Below are positions 25,224-33,890 of a stretch of DNA of 64,000 bases, one piece after another. Source of the DNA: a virus. The DNA lies in the UHGV virus genome UHGV-0101699, one strand, 5' to 3'. The notes beneath the pieces are model-generated. The model ran no database searches and was not told the origin of the DNA. It saw nothing but the letters and a program-made list of their open reading frames with translations. The position numbers and the translations under genes are program-made. The first letter of the stretch is position 1, and every line of letters starts with the position of its first letter.

Positions 25224-25841
25224 TTAATGGAAGGAGAAGTTTGCGAAGACGTCCTCATCAATGAGACCTGTCTGCGATTCGATAACCTCAACTTCGTTAA
25301 AGCACTGATTTAAAATCATCAGGAGGTCAGAAACCGCCAGACGGTACTCAGTGATAGCATCACTCAAACGTTTCAGGTACGGATGTGGCAGTTCGGCGTC
25401 ACGGATGAACTTGTTAACGAAGCCTTCTAAACCGCGTATGGACAGGTCAACGTTCTTCAAGTCCTCGTAACGGCTTTCACCGAAAGTATCGCGGATCTGT
25501 TCCGCACTGTAACCTGAAATGTTATGGGTCAACTGGACGTGTTTCGCCGTCAGCTCTGCGAGCCTTTGTTCAATATCCGCAAGTTGAGCTGCGGTGTCAC
25601 TCTCAGCAACCGGAATACCTTCCGTTTGCGGCAGTCTGAACTCATGGGAATCTGCAAAACCGGGCCTCGTCGACCTTGTGATGCCGCCGAAACGAGGACG
25701 CATCTTAAATTTTGTGTGTACACGCTTCGGGAATGCTTTCGGAGTGCTATTTGCATTCGAAAAGCGTGAAGCGTTAGAAGTCACGGTAGCAAGAGCATTG
25801 CTAATGACATTCATATCTTCCAAGCAATTTTCTAAATGCAT
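25224..25841 (-). CDS. hypothetical protein (205 aa) immediately upstream of, and co-oriented with, the YafO-like gene
   Basis: 10-bp gap to the toxin gene. It does not resemble the 97-aa YafN antitoxin. Confidence 0.45.
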   Translation of the reverse strand: MHLENCLEDMNVISNALATVTSNASRFSNANSTPKAFPKRVHTKFKMRPRFGGITRSTRPGFADSHEFRLPQTEGIPVAESDTAAQLADIEQRLAELTAKHVQLTHNISGYSAEQIRDTFGESRYEDLKNVDLSIRGLEGFVNKFIRDAELPHPYLKRLSDAITEYRLAVSDLLMILNQCFNEVEVIESQTGLIDEDVFANFSFH

Positions 25842-25935
25842 AAAACCTCTTTACAGCTAAATGGCTCGTACCTAAGTGTACGCTCTGTTATCAAAAGCGA
25901 CAAATCAAAACGGCCCCAAACGGAGCCGTATTGTA

Positions 25936-26181
25936 TTACAGAGTGCTTGCGAAAGCAGCAAATTCTGTGTAACCGCCGATTGGAACATCGTCCAAAAACA
26001 CCTGGGGAATGGTTTCTACCGGCTTCCCAACCATGCCACTCAGCTTTTGCTTATCGATCCCGGCAGCGACAATATCGATGTACTGATATTCGCCATATCC
26101 ATGCCCCTGCAGCTGCTTCGCCAGCTCAACTGCCCGCTTACAGAAGGAGCAATTATCTCGGCCATAAATCACACACTTCAT
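25936..26181 (-). CDS. glutaredoxin / T4 NrdC-like thioredoxin
   Basis: CSFC active site in a VIYGRDNCSFCKRA context. IPQVFLDDVPIGGYTEFAAF matches T4 nrdC MPQVFAPDGSHIGGFDQLREYF. Confidence 0.7.
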   Translation of the reverse strand: MKCVIYGRDNCSFCKRAVELAKQLQGHGYGEYQYIDIVAAGIDKQKLSGMVGKPVETIPQVFLDDVPIGGYTEFAAFASTL

Positions 26182-26564
26182 TGTTTTGCCTCGTTAAATC
26201 TTTGTTTTAAGAGATATCCTTCAAGTGGCCAGATTTTAGCGACTGCGTTCTGGCGCGCAATCTTACGACCGATCTCCGGATCAAAGTTTTCCGGGCTTGC
26301 ACAAGCTGATTCACCGGTAACGATGAATCCGTTCTCCAACACCAGTACACAAAACGTCAGTAATTTAAGCGACTCAAGATCAGCGTCGCCAGCAACTGGC
26401 ACCTCTTTGCCGGCATAGGTCCCACTTGCCAGGGCGCCAGATCTGCCATCAAAGGCCGTAAAATAATGTTCGGCGCGGATAACGCTTTGGATACGTTCTG
26501 GGGTTACTCGCGCGGCCGTTTTTCCCTTGGCCACGATTTCTTTTTCGATTTCCATGTCAGTCAT
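26178..26564 (-). CDS. hypothetical protein (128 aa)
   Basis: Overlaps the glutaredoxin start by 4 nt. Confidence 0.5.
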   Translation of the reverse strand: MTDMEIEKEIVAKGKTAARVTPERIQSVIRAEHYFTAFDGRSGALASGTYAGKEVPVAGDADLESLKLLTFCVLVLENGFIVTGESACASPENFDPEIGRKIARQNAVAKIWPLEGYLLKQRFNEAKQ

Positions 26565-26573
26565 TTTGTTTCC

Positions 26574-27350
26574 TTACAGATAAGCTTGAAGCGCCACTTT
26601 GCATAGCTCAGAGCGCACGCAATCTTCGGCCGTGAACTCAATGAGCCCTACTTGGCGAGATGGCTGGAACCGCTGCAGGGCGTCCTCAAGACCAGATTTA
26701 ACATTACCCGGCAGGTCGCATTGCGTTACATCACCATTCACGATGACTGTTACGTTCTCACCCATCCGAGTTAGGAACATCTTCATTTGTGACGCCGTCA
26801 CGTTCTGGGCCTCATCGAGGATGACCACAGCATTTTCGAACGTGCGACCGCGCATATATGCGAAAGGTGCGATCTCGACTTTGGCCACTTCTGGTTTGAG
26901 GCAGTATTCGAGAAATGAAGCGCCCAGGCGCTTCTGGAGCACATCGTAGACGGGACGAAAGAACGGAGCGAACTTCTCGGCCATATCGCCAGGCAGGAAG
27001 CCCAAATCCTCCTCTGCCTGCAGTACGGGGCGCGTAACGATAATTCGCTCTACTTCCTTATCGAGTAATCGCTGTGCCGCGACTGCCGTCGCCAGGAAGG
27101 TTTTACCGCAGCCGGCTTCGCCAGTGGCGAACGTCAGTGCTTTGCTATCAAGGGAGATAAGATAGTGGGCCTGGGCCTCATTGCGTGCCTCTATGGGGGA
27201 AGTGTCACGCTTCGGTTTTGGGGGCAGAGCAGGGGCGGCGGTGGCCAGCTCGTCTACGATAATAGTGTCGATCTCGTATCCGAGAATACGCGATTTTGAC
27301 TTAAGCGCCTGGCGAGCTGCACGTCGCGCCTGTTTACGTTTGTTTCCCAT
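26574..27350 (-). CDS. phoH: PhoH-like ATPase
   Basis: Walker A GEAGCGKTFLA. Start reassigned to MGNKRKQ, preceded by AAAGGA. Confidence 0.8.
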   Translation of the reverse strand: MGNKRKQARRAARQALKSKSRILGYEIDTIIVDELATAAPALPPKPKRDTSPIEARNEAQAHYLISLDSKALTFATGEAGCGKTFLATAVAAQRLLDKEVERIIVTRPVLQAEEDLGFLPGDMAEKFAPFFRPVYDVLQKRLGASFLEYCLKPEVAKVEIAPFAYMRGRTFENAVVILDEAQNVTASQMKMFLTRMGENVTVIVNGDVTQCDLPGNVKSGLEDALQRFQPSRQVGLIEFTAEDCVRSELCKVALQAYL

Positions 27351-27404
27351 ATTGAGTCCTTTCAAGTGAGTAACCAGACGAACTATACCTAAAAGAGAAC
27401 GCAA

Positions 27405-27427
27405 AAGTAAGTAAGTAGTTACATAAC
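27405..27427 (-). promoter_or_regulatory. copy of dispersed box (AAGTAAGTAAGTAGTTACATAAC) upstream of phoH
   Basis: Lies between the phoH start and the tRNA-Ser gene. Confidence 0.45.
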
Positions 27428-27622
27428 AACAAGAGCGCTTATGCAAGAAAAGGGGCCGAAGCCCCTTTGGATTTTGCGCTGAAAAAGTGTTGCTAAGATG
27501 CTAGAAGCTATGGTTAAAGAACGTCTGCCGTAATGTCTATCACAGCGTTGAGCGGTCTGGCCATGGTGACAGGCGGAGTCTTTTCGATAAGAAAAACAAA
27601 ACCAAACCGCTCAACGCTGTGT

Positions 27623-27710
27623 TGGCGGAGGATAATGGAATCGAACCATCATCGCTTTCGCAATGGGACGGTTTTCAAGACCGCTTGGGCGCCATGCCCT
27701 CTATCCTCCG
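27623..27710 (-). tRNA. tRNA-Ser (anticodon UGA), long variable arm, CCA encoded
   Basis: Folded by hand: 7-bp acceptor CGGAGGA/TCCTCCG, T-arm GGTTCGATTCC, anticodon loop CUUGAAA. Confidence 0.75.
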
Positions 27711-27856
27711 TTCGTTGTGACGCCAGATGCTTATCTTCTGGTTGCTTCAACGAGCTGCAATTCATCACAACGGTAAGGGCATTCAGGGAATCAGATCCGT
27801 CGCGAACAGCCAAAGAGCGCGCCTTCCTTGCTGTCGTCCAAATACCCTTACCGTTG

Positions 27857-27931
27857 TGGCGATGGTGGGTGGATTCGAACCACCGACCAGTTGATTAACA
27901 GTCAACCGCTCTACCACTGAGCTACACCATC
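27857..27931 (-). tRNA. tRNA-Asn (anticodon GUU), CCA encoded
   Basis: GATGGTGTAGCTCAGTGGTAGAGC...CTGTTAATC...GGTTCGAATCCACCCACCATCGCCA. Its acceptor stem differs from that of the host asn tRNA, so it is the phage's own tRNA. Confidence 0.8.
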
Positions 27932-28668
27932 TAAGGTTGACACCGTCAGCCTCTGTCGATTCACGGACTTGTGGGGCTGTATCGCCGATTCACCGGTGTC
28001 GTTCGCAGCAGTCCTACCGCTTTCTGCCACTTGTGCTTTACGTATTCACCAAACGCTTACAAGCCAAGATCTTCAAATACTCTCCGAGGGTTGAGGAGGG
28101 CTTTCTTTCAGATCTAATTGGATGTATGGAATCATTTAATCGTTGTGGCCACGGGGCAGTGACAACAATGGCTATAACCAGAAGGATAATGAATCCGTGA
28201 CCACAACGTTGAGACCACTGGACGGATTAATGTACTTGGCCCTACATGTCTGCCGGTTCTGCCTCTGTGATGCAAAAACCAGTGGTCTCAACGTTGCGTG
28301 CTGGCTCACCTAACCAGCCGGGTTACGTCGCCATTTTTAACCCAAAACTAAACGACATAAGTAACAGAAATGACGTAACAGGATAGACGGTCGGGCCTTT
28401 GGGAGCCGGGATGTGTTGGACATAAAACCCAACCGCCCATTCTGTTACCTCATCGGTAAGGGCACTGGTTAACCAGATGCCCTACCTGCGTTTTGCAATC
28501 ACACTCGCTTAGTGTGTCCCATTTCGGTGACGAGGCTGGAAACTGACCTCGCTGGTGTTTAGCTTTTTAGGCTACTGCCAGGTACTGATTGTCGTTTGCA
28601 GTTATCTTTAAACGTTCAAACAGTCGCGTTTCAACGAAAACAAGCCAATCATAGTTGTATCAATTTAA

Positions 28669-28684
28669 TAAGTAAATACTTACC
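28669..28684 (-). promoter_or_regulatory. copy of dispersed box (TAAGTAAATACTTACC) upstream of the ORF-free structured region and tRNA genes
   Basis: It is the only candidate promoter element reading into 27.9..28.65 kb on the minus strand. Confidence 0.4.
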
Positions 28685-28860
28685 TATTATTTCATACGTC
28701 AGTTTGATCATTTTTTGATCAGTACTGGCTTCTCATCCTGCGTCCGTTGGATTGTGGCCGTTAAACGTTTGACTCTGATCAATCGCACTTTCTTAGATCT
28801 GTAGCAGTCACCTGTTCTACGTTGTTAATACATTTTGTCGTCTATGAACGTATAAGTGAT

Positions 28861-29277
28861 TCACACAATTTTACTTATCCATCCTTCGATAACATCATAG
28901 GCCACATAGCTTTTCGCGATAACAGTTGTCGCTATTACAAAGAACCATTTATGCTTTCCCACAAATCTTTTCACCTTTTCATATTTACTCAGTGATCCCT
29001 CGTAATACTCAATCAGAGTAATCCACTGCTGAATTTGCTCTTTATAATGATTACAAAGATTTTTATTTATTTGGGCTTGCTGCAACGACCGACTCCTAGA
29101 CAACCAACCACCAGTAACTGGTGGCTTAATTTCAGGCAGTTCAGTATCAAATTTAGTACGTTGTTGGTTAAGCCGATCAACAACAACACGAAGTTCATCT
29201 GCGGTGAGATCATTACGAGCATAAATATCTTTCAGTTGAGCTAGTGTCATATGAAGCACTCTTTTGGTTGATGACAT
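28861..29277 (-). CDS. hypothetical protein with C-terminal TM helix (138 aa), AT-rich gene
   Basis: WFFVIATTVIAKSYVAY is a C-terminal hydrophobic helix. GC is low compared with the flanks. Confidence 0.45.
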   Translation of the reverse strand: MSSTKRVLHMTLAQLKDIYARNDLTADELRVVVDRLNQQRTKFDTELPEIKPPVTGGWLSRSRSLQQAQINKNLCNHYKEQIQQWITLIEYYEGSLSKYEKVKRFVGKHKWFFVIATTVIAKSYVAYDVIEGWISKIV

Positions 29278-29428
29278 TAATTATACCATCTTCAGATATG
29301 CTCTGTAGGAGTCGCCCCGTGGAGCTACAGAAATGTAAGTTACGGGCAAACTTCTTAATCAAGTCATGACAGATGATGAAGCCAAGGGCGACGCCTCCAA
29401 AAAAAGACAATACGATGTATGGAATCAT
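29213..29428 (-). CDS. small membrane protein (71 aa), AT-rich
   Basis: N-terminal TM helix IVLSFFGGVALGFIIC. Overlaps the next gene by ~65 nt, so one of the two starts is uncertain. Confidence 0.35.
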   Translation of the reverse strand: MIPYIVLSFFGGVALGFIICHDLIKKFARNLHFCSSTGRLLQSISEDGIINVINQKSASYDTSSTERYLCS

Positions 29429-29640
29429 GAGTATTCTCCTGCTTCAATCAGTTGCTCAAGCAGCTCTCGCCCCTTATTCGTTAACTGGTAGTTCTCTGCC
29501 TTTCCTTCCGGTTCGACATTGGCCACCAGGTTCATCTGTTCGAGCTTGGCTCGTGTCTTGGGTTTCCAGTTAGCGTAGAAACATGACCATTGGCTGATTT
29601 CACGCAGGGTTTCCTTCTCTCGCTTACTCAGGACGATCAT
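29425..29640 (-). CDS. small winged-helix (PadR/MarR-like) DNA-binding protein, putative
   Basis: YQLTNKGRELLEQL is a recognition-helix/wing pattern. Confidence 0.4.
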   Translation of the reverse strand: MIVLSKREKETLREISQWSCFYANWKPKTRAKLEQMNLVANVEPEGKAENYQLTNKGRELLEQLIEAGEYS

Positions 29641-29742
29641 CGCCAGTCTCCTTTAGCGTGTCAGTAATGTCGATGATGCGGTATACGCGGCCACGTCTTT
29701 CCATCAGCCCGCGCTTCACGTAATCGTTGATGCAGCTGAGCA

Positions 29743-31065
29743 TCATTCTTTATCTCCGACACGTTCTTCGGTATCGCGAAGGCATTTGGGCCACTTAAGC
29801 CGCGGATGACGCAGACTGCCATCTGGCGTGTACTCGTGAAAATTCACCTTAACAATACGGCCCATGTACTTGTCCTGGTTATGCCAGATCTCATCGAGGT
29901 AGCGATGTTTGATTCCAGAAGCGCGAACCTCGGTTCCATCTTCGAGGCGAATAACGATTTTGCCGAGCGTATGAGCAAAGCCGGCATCCGGATCTCCGGG
30001 TAGAAAGCCGATAATCTCCCCATCAGCTTCGTTTTCATCTTTTAGTTTCCACCAGCTGCGGGTGCGCTTGAACTCGTATACAGAATCCGGGTCTTTGCCC
30101 ATCTCTCCTTCTTCGTTATCGTCCAGACGCTTCATAAACCGCTCTACAAAGTCTTCATGGCTATAGATGATGTAGAAGGGGTGCATATGAATGTCAGTCG
30201 CGTAATCCTGGCCGCGTGTATTTCTGAACCAGGCCACCAACAGTGAAAGGCGCTGTTTCAGCTTCATACCGTTCTTCTGGTATTCGACTGTTTTAGCCTG
30301 TACGCGCCACTCTGGTAGGAAGAAATCGAAGATATGATAGGTTGCGCCAACCGCCTTCACGTTCTTCTTGCGTAGCGCTGAGACTGAATTGTTAAAAGAA
30401 CCTGCAGTACCTTCACCATCGAAAAAGATGTGTTTGTAGCCGGAGAGTTTGCCCAGCTCCAGCATGGCAGGTTTCAGGTGATCGAGAGATGTAATCGGGT
30501 TTCCGGTACGCGACAGAAAGTTAACCTCTTCCTCGTCCACGATCACTTCACAAATAACCCGAAGACCATCCAGTTTGAGGCTGCCTATCATTGGCCATCT
30601 GGCTTTGGGATTCGCCTTAAATGGGTACTTGTCGCCTTTTTCTTTATAGGCGGTGGACAGCTGCACCTCAAACTTTGGGATCGGGTTGGCGAATACCTTA
30701 TTGCATAGACTTATGCCGACGCCGGCTTTCGGGTCTTTCAGCAGGAACCGGCGAAATACGTCCTGACCGTCTGCACACATCGAAGCAACCAAAGACTCGA
30801 CCGCAGTAATGGCTGCGTTCCCCGTAAGCTCCCGGGCAGCCAGTTTCTCCAGCAGCTCTATCGCTTTCTGATCACTGGGTACGGACTTGCTAAGTGGATC
30901 GGCCACTTTGTATTTCTTCACCCCGAAACGAACAAATGGGTTCAGCATGAGTGACACCATTCTTTGTTCGAAGTCATCCATACTGGCCAACGCCTCTTTC
31001 TTGGCGTTCGTTCCCATTGTTTTAATGGCGTCCAGCTTATGTTTAAGCGCGATCAGCTTCTCCAT
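29743..31065 (-). CDS. ATP-dependent DNA ligase
   Basis: Adenylation motif I KLDGLR (KxDGxR). 440 aa, the size of T4-type ligases. Confidence 0.85.
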   Translation of the reverse strand: MEKLIALKHKLDAIKTMGTNAKKEALASMDDFEQRMVSLMLNPFVRFGVKKYKVADPLSKSVPSDQKAIELLEKLAARELTGNAAITAVESLVASMCADGQDVFRRFLLKDPKAGVGISLCNKVFANPIPKFEVQLSTAYKEKGDKYPFKANPKARWPMIGSLKLDGLRVICEVIVDEEEVNFLSRTGNPITSLDHLKPAMLELGKLSGYKHIFFDGEGTAGSFNNSVSALRKKNVKAVGATYHIFDFFLPEWRVQAKTVEYQKNGMKLKQRLSLLVAWFRNTRGQDYATDIHMHPFYIIYSHEDFVERFMKRLDDNEEGEMGKDPDSVYEFKRTRSWWKLKDENEADGEIIGFLPGDPDAGFAHTLGKIVIRLEDGTEVRASGIKHRYLDEIWHNQDKYMGRIVKVNFHEYTPDGSLRHPRLKWPKCLRDTEERVGDKE

Positions 31066-31532
31066 TAGTCGGTCTTCTCCTTTAAGGTTTCTTTGATAAG
31101 TTCTGAATAAATCTCGCTGGCATCCGGCAGTCTGCCAGTTTCAGCAACGGTCGAAGATTGGCGCTTCCCTTTAATTCCACTGTAGATAGATGCACTGCCT
31201 CTCTTCGGCTGCAGAGTTCTTGCTGTTCGGTTTCTTTCCTCCACCTCTTCAATGAGCGCCGGCATATCGACGAAATACAGCGACTCACCTTGCCGGATTT
31301 CCTCCACCATCATTTTCAGCGCCTGGCATTTTCCGGCCGAAATGGCGTTCGCACAGGAGGTGAACGATGACGCCGGCAGTCGCTTCTCTTTGAAGGCAAG
31401 GATCGTGTGCTGACAGACGGTGTAGCTGCAGTACGAGGCATGTCCGTTAAGCTTCACTTCCGGGCAACGCAGCGAGTAGCCGTTGAGTCCAGAGATCGAA
31501 GGGATTTTTGATAAGTCAGTTTTGGTAGCCAT
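31065..31532 (-). CDS. hypothetical Cys-rich protein (155 aa)
   Basis: Multiple Cys/His (CPEVKLNGHASYCSYTVCQH), so possibly zinc-binding. Confidence 0.45.
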   Translation of the reverse strand: MATKTDLSKIPSISGLNGYSLRCPEVKLNGHASYCSYTVCQHTILAFKEKRLPASSFTSCANAISAGKCQALKMMVEEIRQGESLYFVDMPALIEEVEERNRTARTLQPKRGSASIYSGIKGKRQSSTVAETGRLPDASEIYSELIKETLKEKTD

Positions 31533-31549
31533 TTCTCTAAACGATAATC

Positions 31550-31566
31550 TTGTACTTACTAATCAG
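31550..31566 (-). promoter_or_regulatory. copy of dispersed box (TTGTACTTACTAATCAG), 18 bp from the start codon of 31065..31532
   Basis: Followed by GATTAT, which would leave a very short leader. Confidence 0.4.
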
Positions 31567-31607
31567 TTTAAATAACTCTGTACGGGGACACAGTACATAG
31601 TCACGGC

Positions 31608-32396
31608 TTACCAGGTGGCCCAGCCGGTCATCTTGTCACTTGCGGCTTCGTATCGATAAGGGGTTAGCAGGTCGTTTGCAGCATGAACGGCGTGGGATTT
31701 TGCTTCCTGAATCAGCATAGGCATTTCATTGGCCAAACGACTGATCTTACTTGCGTATTGCGCTAAAACCCCATCACAGACGCGGCCAGCCTCAACGATC
31801 ACGTTGATTAAATCCAGATCACTACGACACAAGTCGCAGATACGCCCATAGTCCAGCTCACGAACACGCGCTATAGCCTTGTTATAATCTCCAGACATAA
31901 TCATTTCCAACAAGCCTGGTGGTGCCACCAGATCTACATGGCGCTTTTCAACATCGGGAGAGGTCATGACGCTGACGAAAGCCTCTCCTACTGTTTCGCA
32001 TTTGCTTTCTATGGCTCTTAGAGTCCCGTCCACGCTATTCTCAAGCATTTCCCTGCTTTCCATCTGGTAGCAGTTTGAGAAGATGATTTTGTCGTCATAC
32101 CAGGCGCCAAAACGCGCGACTGGCCCAATGCCAGCCTCAAGCGACGGGACGATGAACGCAACCAGAGCTACACGCTTTTGAACAGTACCAGGCATTTCAG
32201 GCGTCTTTGCGTACCACACCACCACTGACGTATGTGTCGCCCCTTCTTTGAGAGGAATGCAGGATAGCGCATTCGATATATGCTCTGATGCCGTGTTGAA
32301 TGAGGCATCGATGATGCTCTCCAGTTCGCTCACGCCAAGCTCTACGCCTGACTTCTTGATCATCTCTAAAACTGCCTGTTCGATATCTTCTTTCAT
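31608..32396 (-). CDS. hypothetical protein (262 aa)
   Basis: Long ORF with its own upstream box. Confidence 0.5.
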   Translation of the reverse strand: MKEDIEQAVLEMIKKSGVELGVSELESIIDASFNTASEHISNALSCIPLKEGATHTSVVVWYAKTPEMPGTVQKRVALVAFIVPSLEAGIGPVARFGAWYDDKIIFSNCYQMESREMLENSVDGTLRAIESKCETVGEAFVSVMTSPDVEKRHVDLVAPPGLLEMIMSGDYNKAIARVRELDYGRICDLCRSDLDLINVIVEAGRVCDGVLAQYASKISRLANEMPMLIQEAKSHAVHAANDLLTPYRYEAASDKMTGWATW

Positions 32397-32439
32397 GTGA
32401 TGTCCTCCACAACCAGAAATAAAATTATTACATGAAAAT

Positions 32440-32460
32440 ATGTAAGTAGCTACTTATCAA
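32440..32460. promoter_or_regulatory. palindromic variant (ATGTAAGTAGCTACTTATCAA) in divergent region
   Basis: TAAGTAGCTACTTA is a perfect palindrome. Confidence 0.45.
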
Positions 32461-32684
32461 AAGACAGCGAAGAGGGACATAATGGCACCAACCCAACACA
32501 GCAGTGCATAGGCCACAAGAGCGTTTAGCTCGGAGCGAAGCTATCTATCAAGACTTAACCTTACTAATGCTGTTCGTACTCTGCTAACATCTTAAAGCGC
32601 ACAGCAATGTGTCAGGGTATTGACCACCCTGATTGATAACAAACGCCATAAAATCAGAATGCGTTTTGCATAGAAGAGGAAGGT

Positions 32685-33851
32685 ATGACTTTGTGGACTG
32701 ACTCATATCAAAGTTCAATTGACTCAATCAGTAATTTTATCGACAATAATTTCACACATTATAATGAAATTCCCGAAAATTTATCTCGCCTAGATGATTC
32801 AGTGTTAGCGGATTGTATAATTGTAGTTGCATGGCGATACTTTAAAAACTTATACATTCATCGCCGAGACTCGCTTAACAAATACACTTCATATAATCAG
32901 AAATTTTTACACCAAGGCAACACCCCTAGCTTACAAGAACTAAAAGATGATAAATTTTACTTCCTAAATAAAATTCTAAGAATATTATTTGAGTACAACT
33001 TTTGGGCTTCTGATGATTTTGGCCCGCCCATGTTCTTAAGCCCTGAAATTCTAGAAAAACTGGACAAGCTAAAACCACCATCAGATTTCCAGGTTAATTT
33101 CATTTGGATCGAGCGATCTATGCCTGCGGCTTTGACAAAAGATTTATTGCTATCCGATAAATTTTCATACTTAACCAAAATTGCAGTTGACGTAGAAAAC
33201 TTCGAAAGCACCATATCTCAAAACATTGAAAATGGGCTTAAAGATGTCGAAAATAAAACGAATGAATTAAGAGAGCAAATCAATGAACTTATACAATCTT
33301 CCAACTCGTCAATACAATCCTTAGACGAATATGATTCCAAACTAAAAGAATATAAAAGTGATTATAATTTTGTTCTGTTGAGCAAAGCATTCTCAAGCTT
33401 ACGAGAAAAAAAAAGAAGAGAATTCATGTTTAATAATTTTATCGTCTTGGTTTTTTCGCTATTTCTAACTTGTATCCCCCTGATTGCCTTAGCGAATCAC
33501 ATAAAAGGCTGGTATATTGTCGAATTAAACTTGAATTCGCTTGCTTATTACTTGCCGCTACTTTCACTAGAGTTGTTAATGTTCTATTTCATGCGCCTTT
33601 ATTATATTGAAGGGAAGGCTATTAAAGCTCAATTGCTTCAGATAGATCAACGCCTTAGTCTGTGTGAGTTTATACATGATTATGTTGAGACCAAAAAGAA
33701 CTCTGGTGCTGAAAAGGAATCCTGGTCGCTTTTTGAGAAGTTGATTTTCAGCCCAATACAGGTTACCTCTGAAAATATACCGTCTTTACTGGATGGTGCA
33801 TCATCTATTGCCGAGTTAGCAGGAAAAGTATTGTCCAAAGATTCTAAATAG
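32685..33851 (+). CDS. AT-rich cargo gene: 388-aa protein with N-terminal soluble domain, coiled coil and two TM helices
   Basis: Opposite strand to its neighbours. GC is markedly lower. Own SD GAGGAAGG and own terminator. TM helices FIVLVFSLFLTCIPLIALA and LAYYLPLLSLELLMFYFM. Confidence 0.6.
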   Translation: MTLWTDSYQSSIDSISNFIDNNFTHYNEIPENLSRLDDSVLADCIIVVAWRYFKNLYIHRRDSLNKYTSYNQKFLHQGNTPSLQELKDDKFYFLNKILRILFEYNFWASDDFGPPMFLSPEILEKLDKLKPPSDFQVNFIWIERSMPAALTKDLLLSDKFSYLTKIAVDVENFESTISQNIENGLKDVENKTNELREQINELIQSSNSSIQSLDEYDSKLKEYKSDYNFVLLSKAFSSLREKKRREFMFNNFIVLVFSLFLTCIPLIALANHIKGWYIVELNLNSLAYYLPLLSLELLMFYFMRLYYIEGKAIKAQLLQIDQRLSLCEFIHDYVETKKNSGAEKESWSLFEKLIFSPIQVTSENIPSLLDGASSIAELAGKVLSKDSK

Positions 33852-33855
33852 CCAT

Positions 33856-33882
33856 GTTGGCTGCCCAAAGAGGGCAGCCAAC
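33856..33882. terminator. bidirectional hairpin GTTGGCTGCCC-aaaga-GGGCAGCCAAC
   Basis: 11-bp perfect stem between convergent genes. Confidence 0.6.
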
Positions 33883-33890
33883 AATACACT

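Noticed and set aside
22930-27931. Integrase + tRNA genes = tRNA-targeting attP
   Set aside because: Both tRNAs are complete, encode their own CCA and differ from host sequences in the acceptor stem. They lie 3.5 kb from the recombinase. No truncated host tRNA 3' fragment was found, so integration into a tRNA gene is unsupported.
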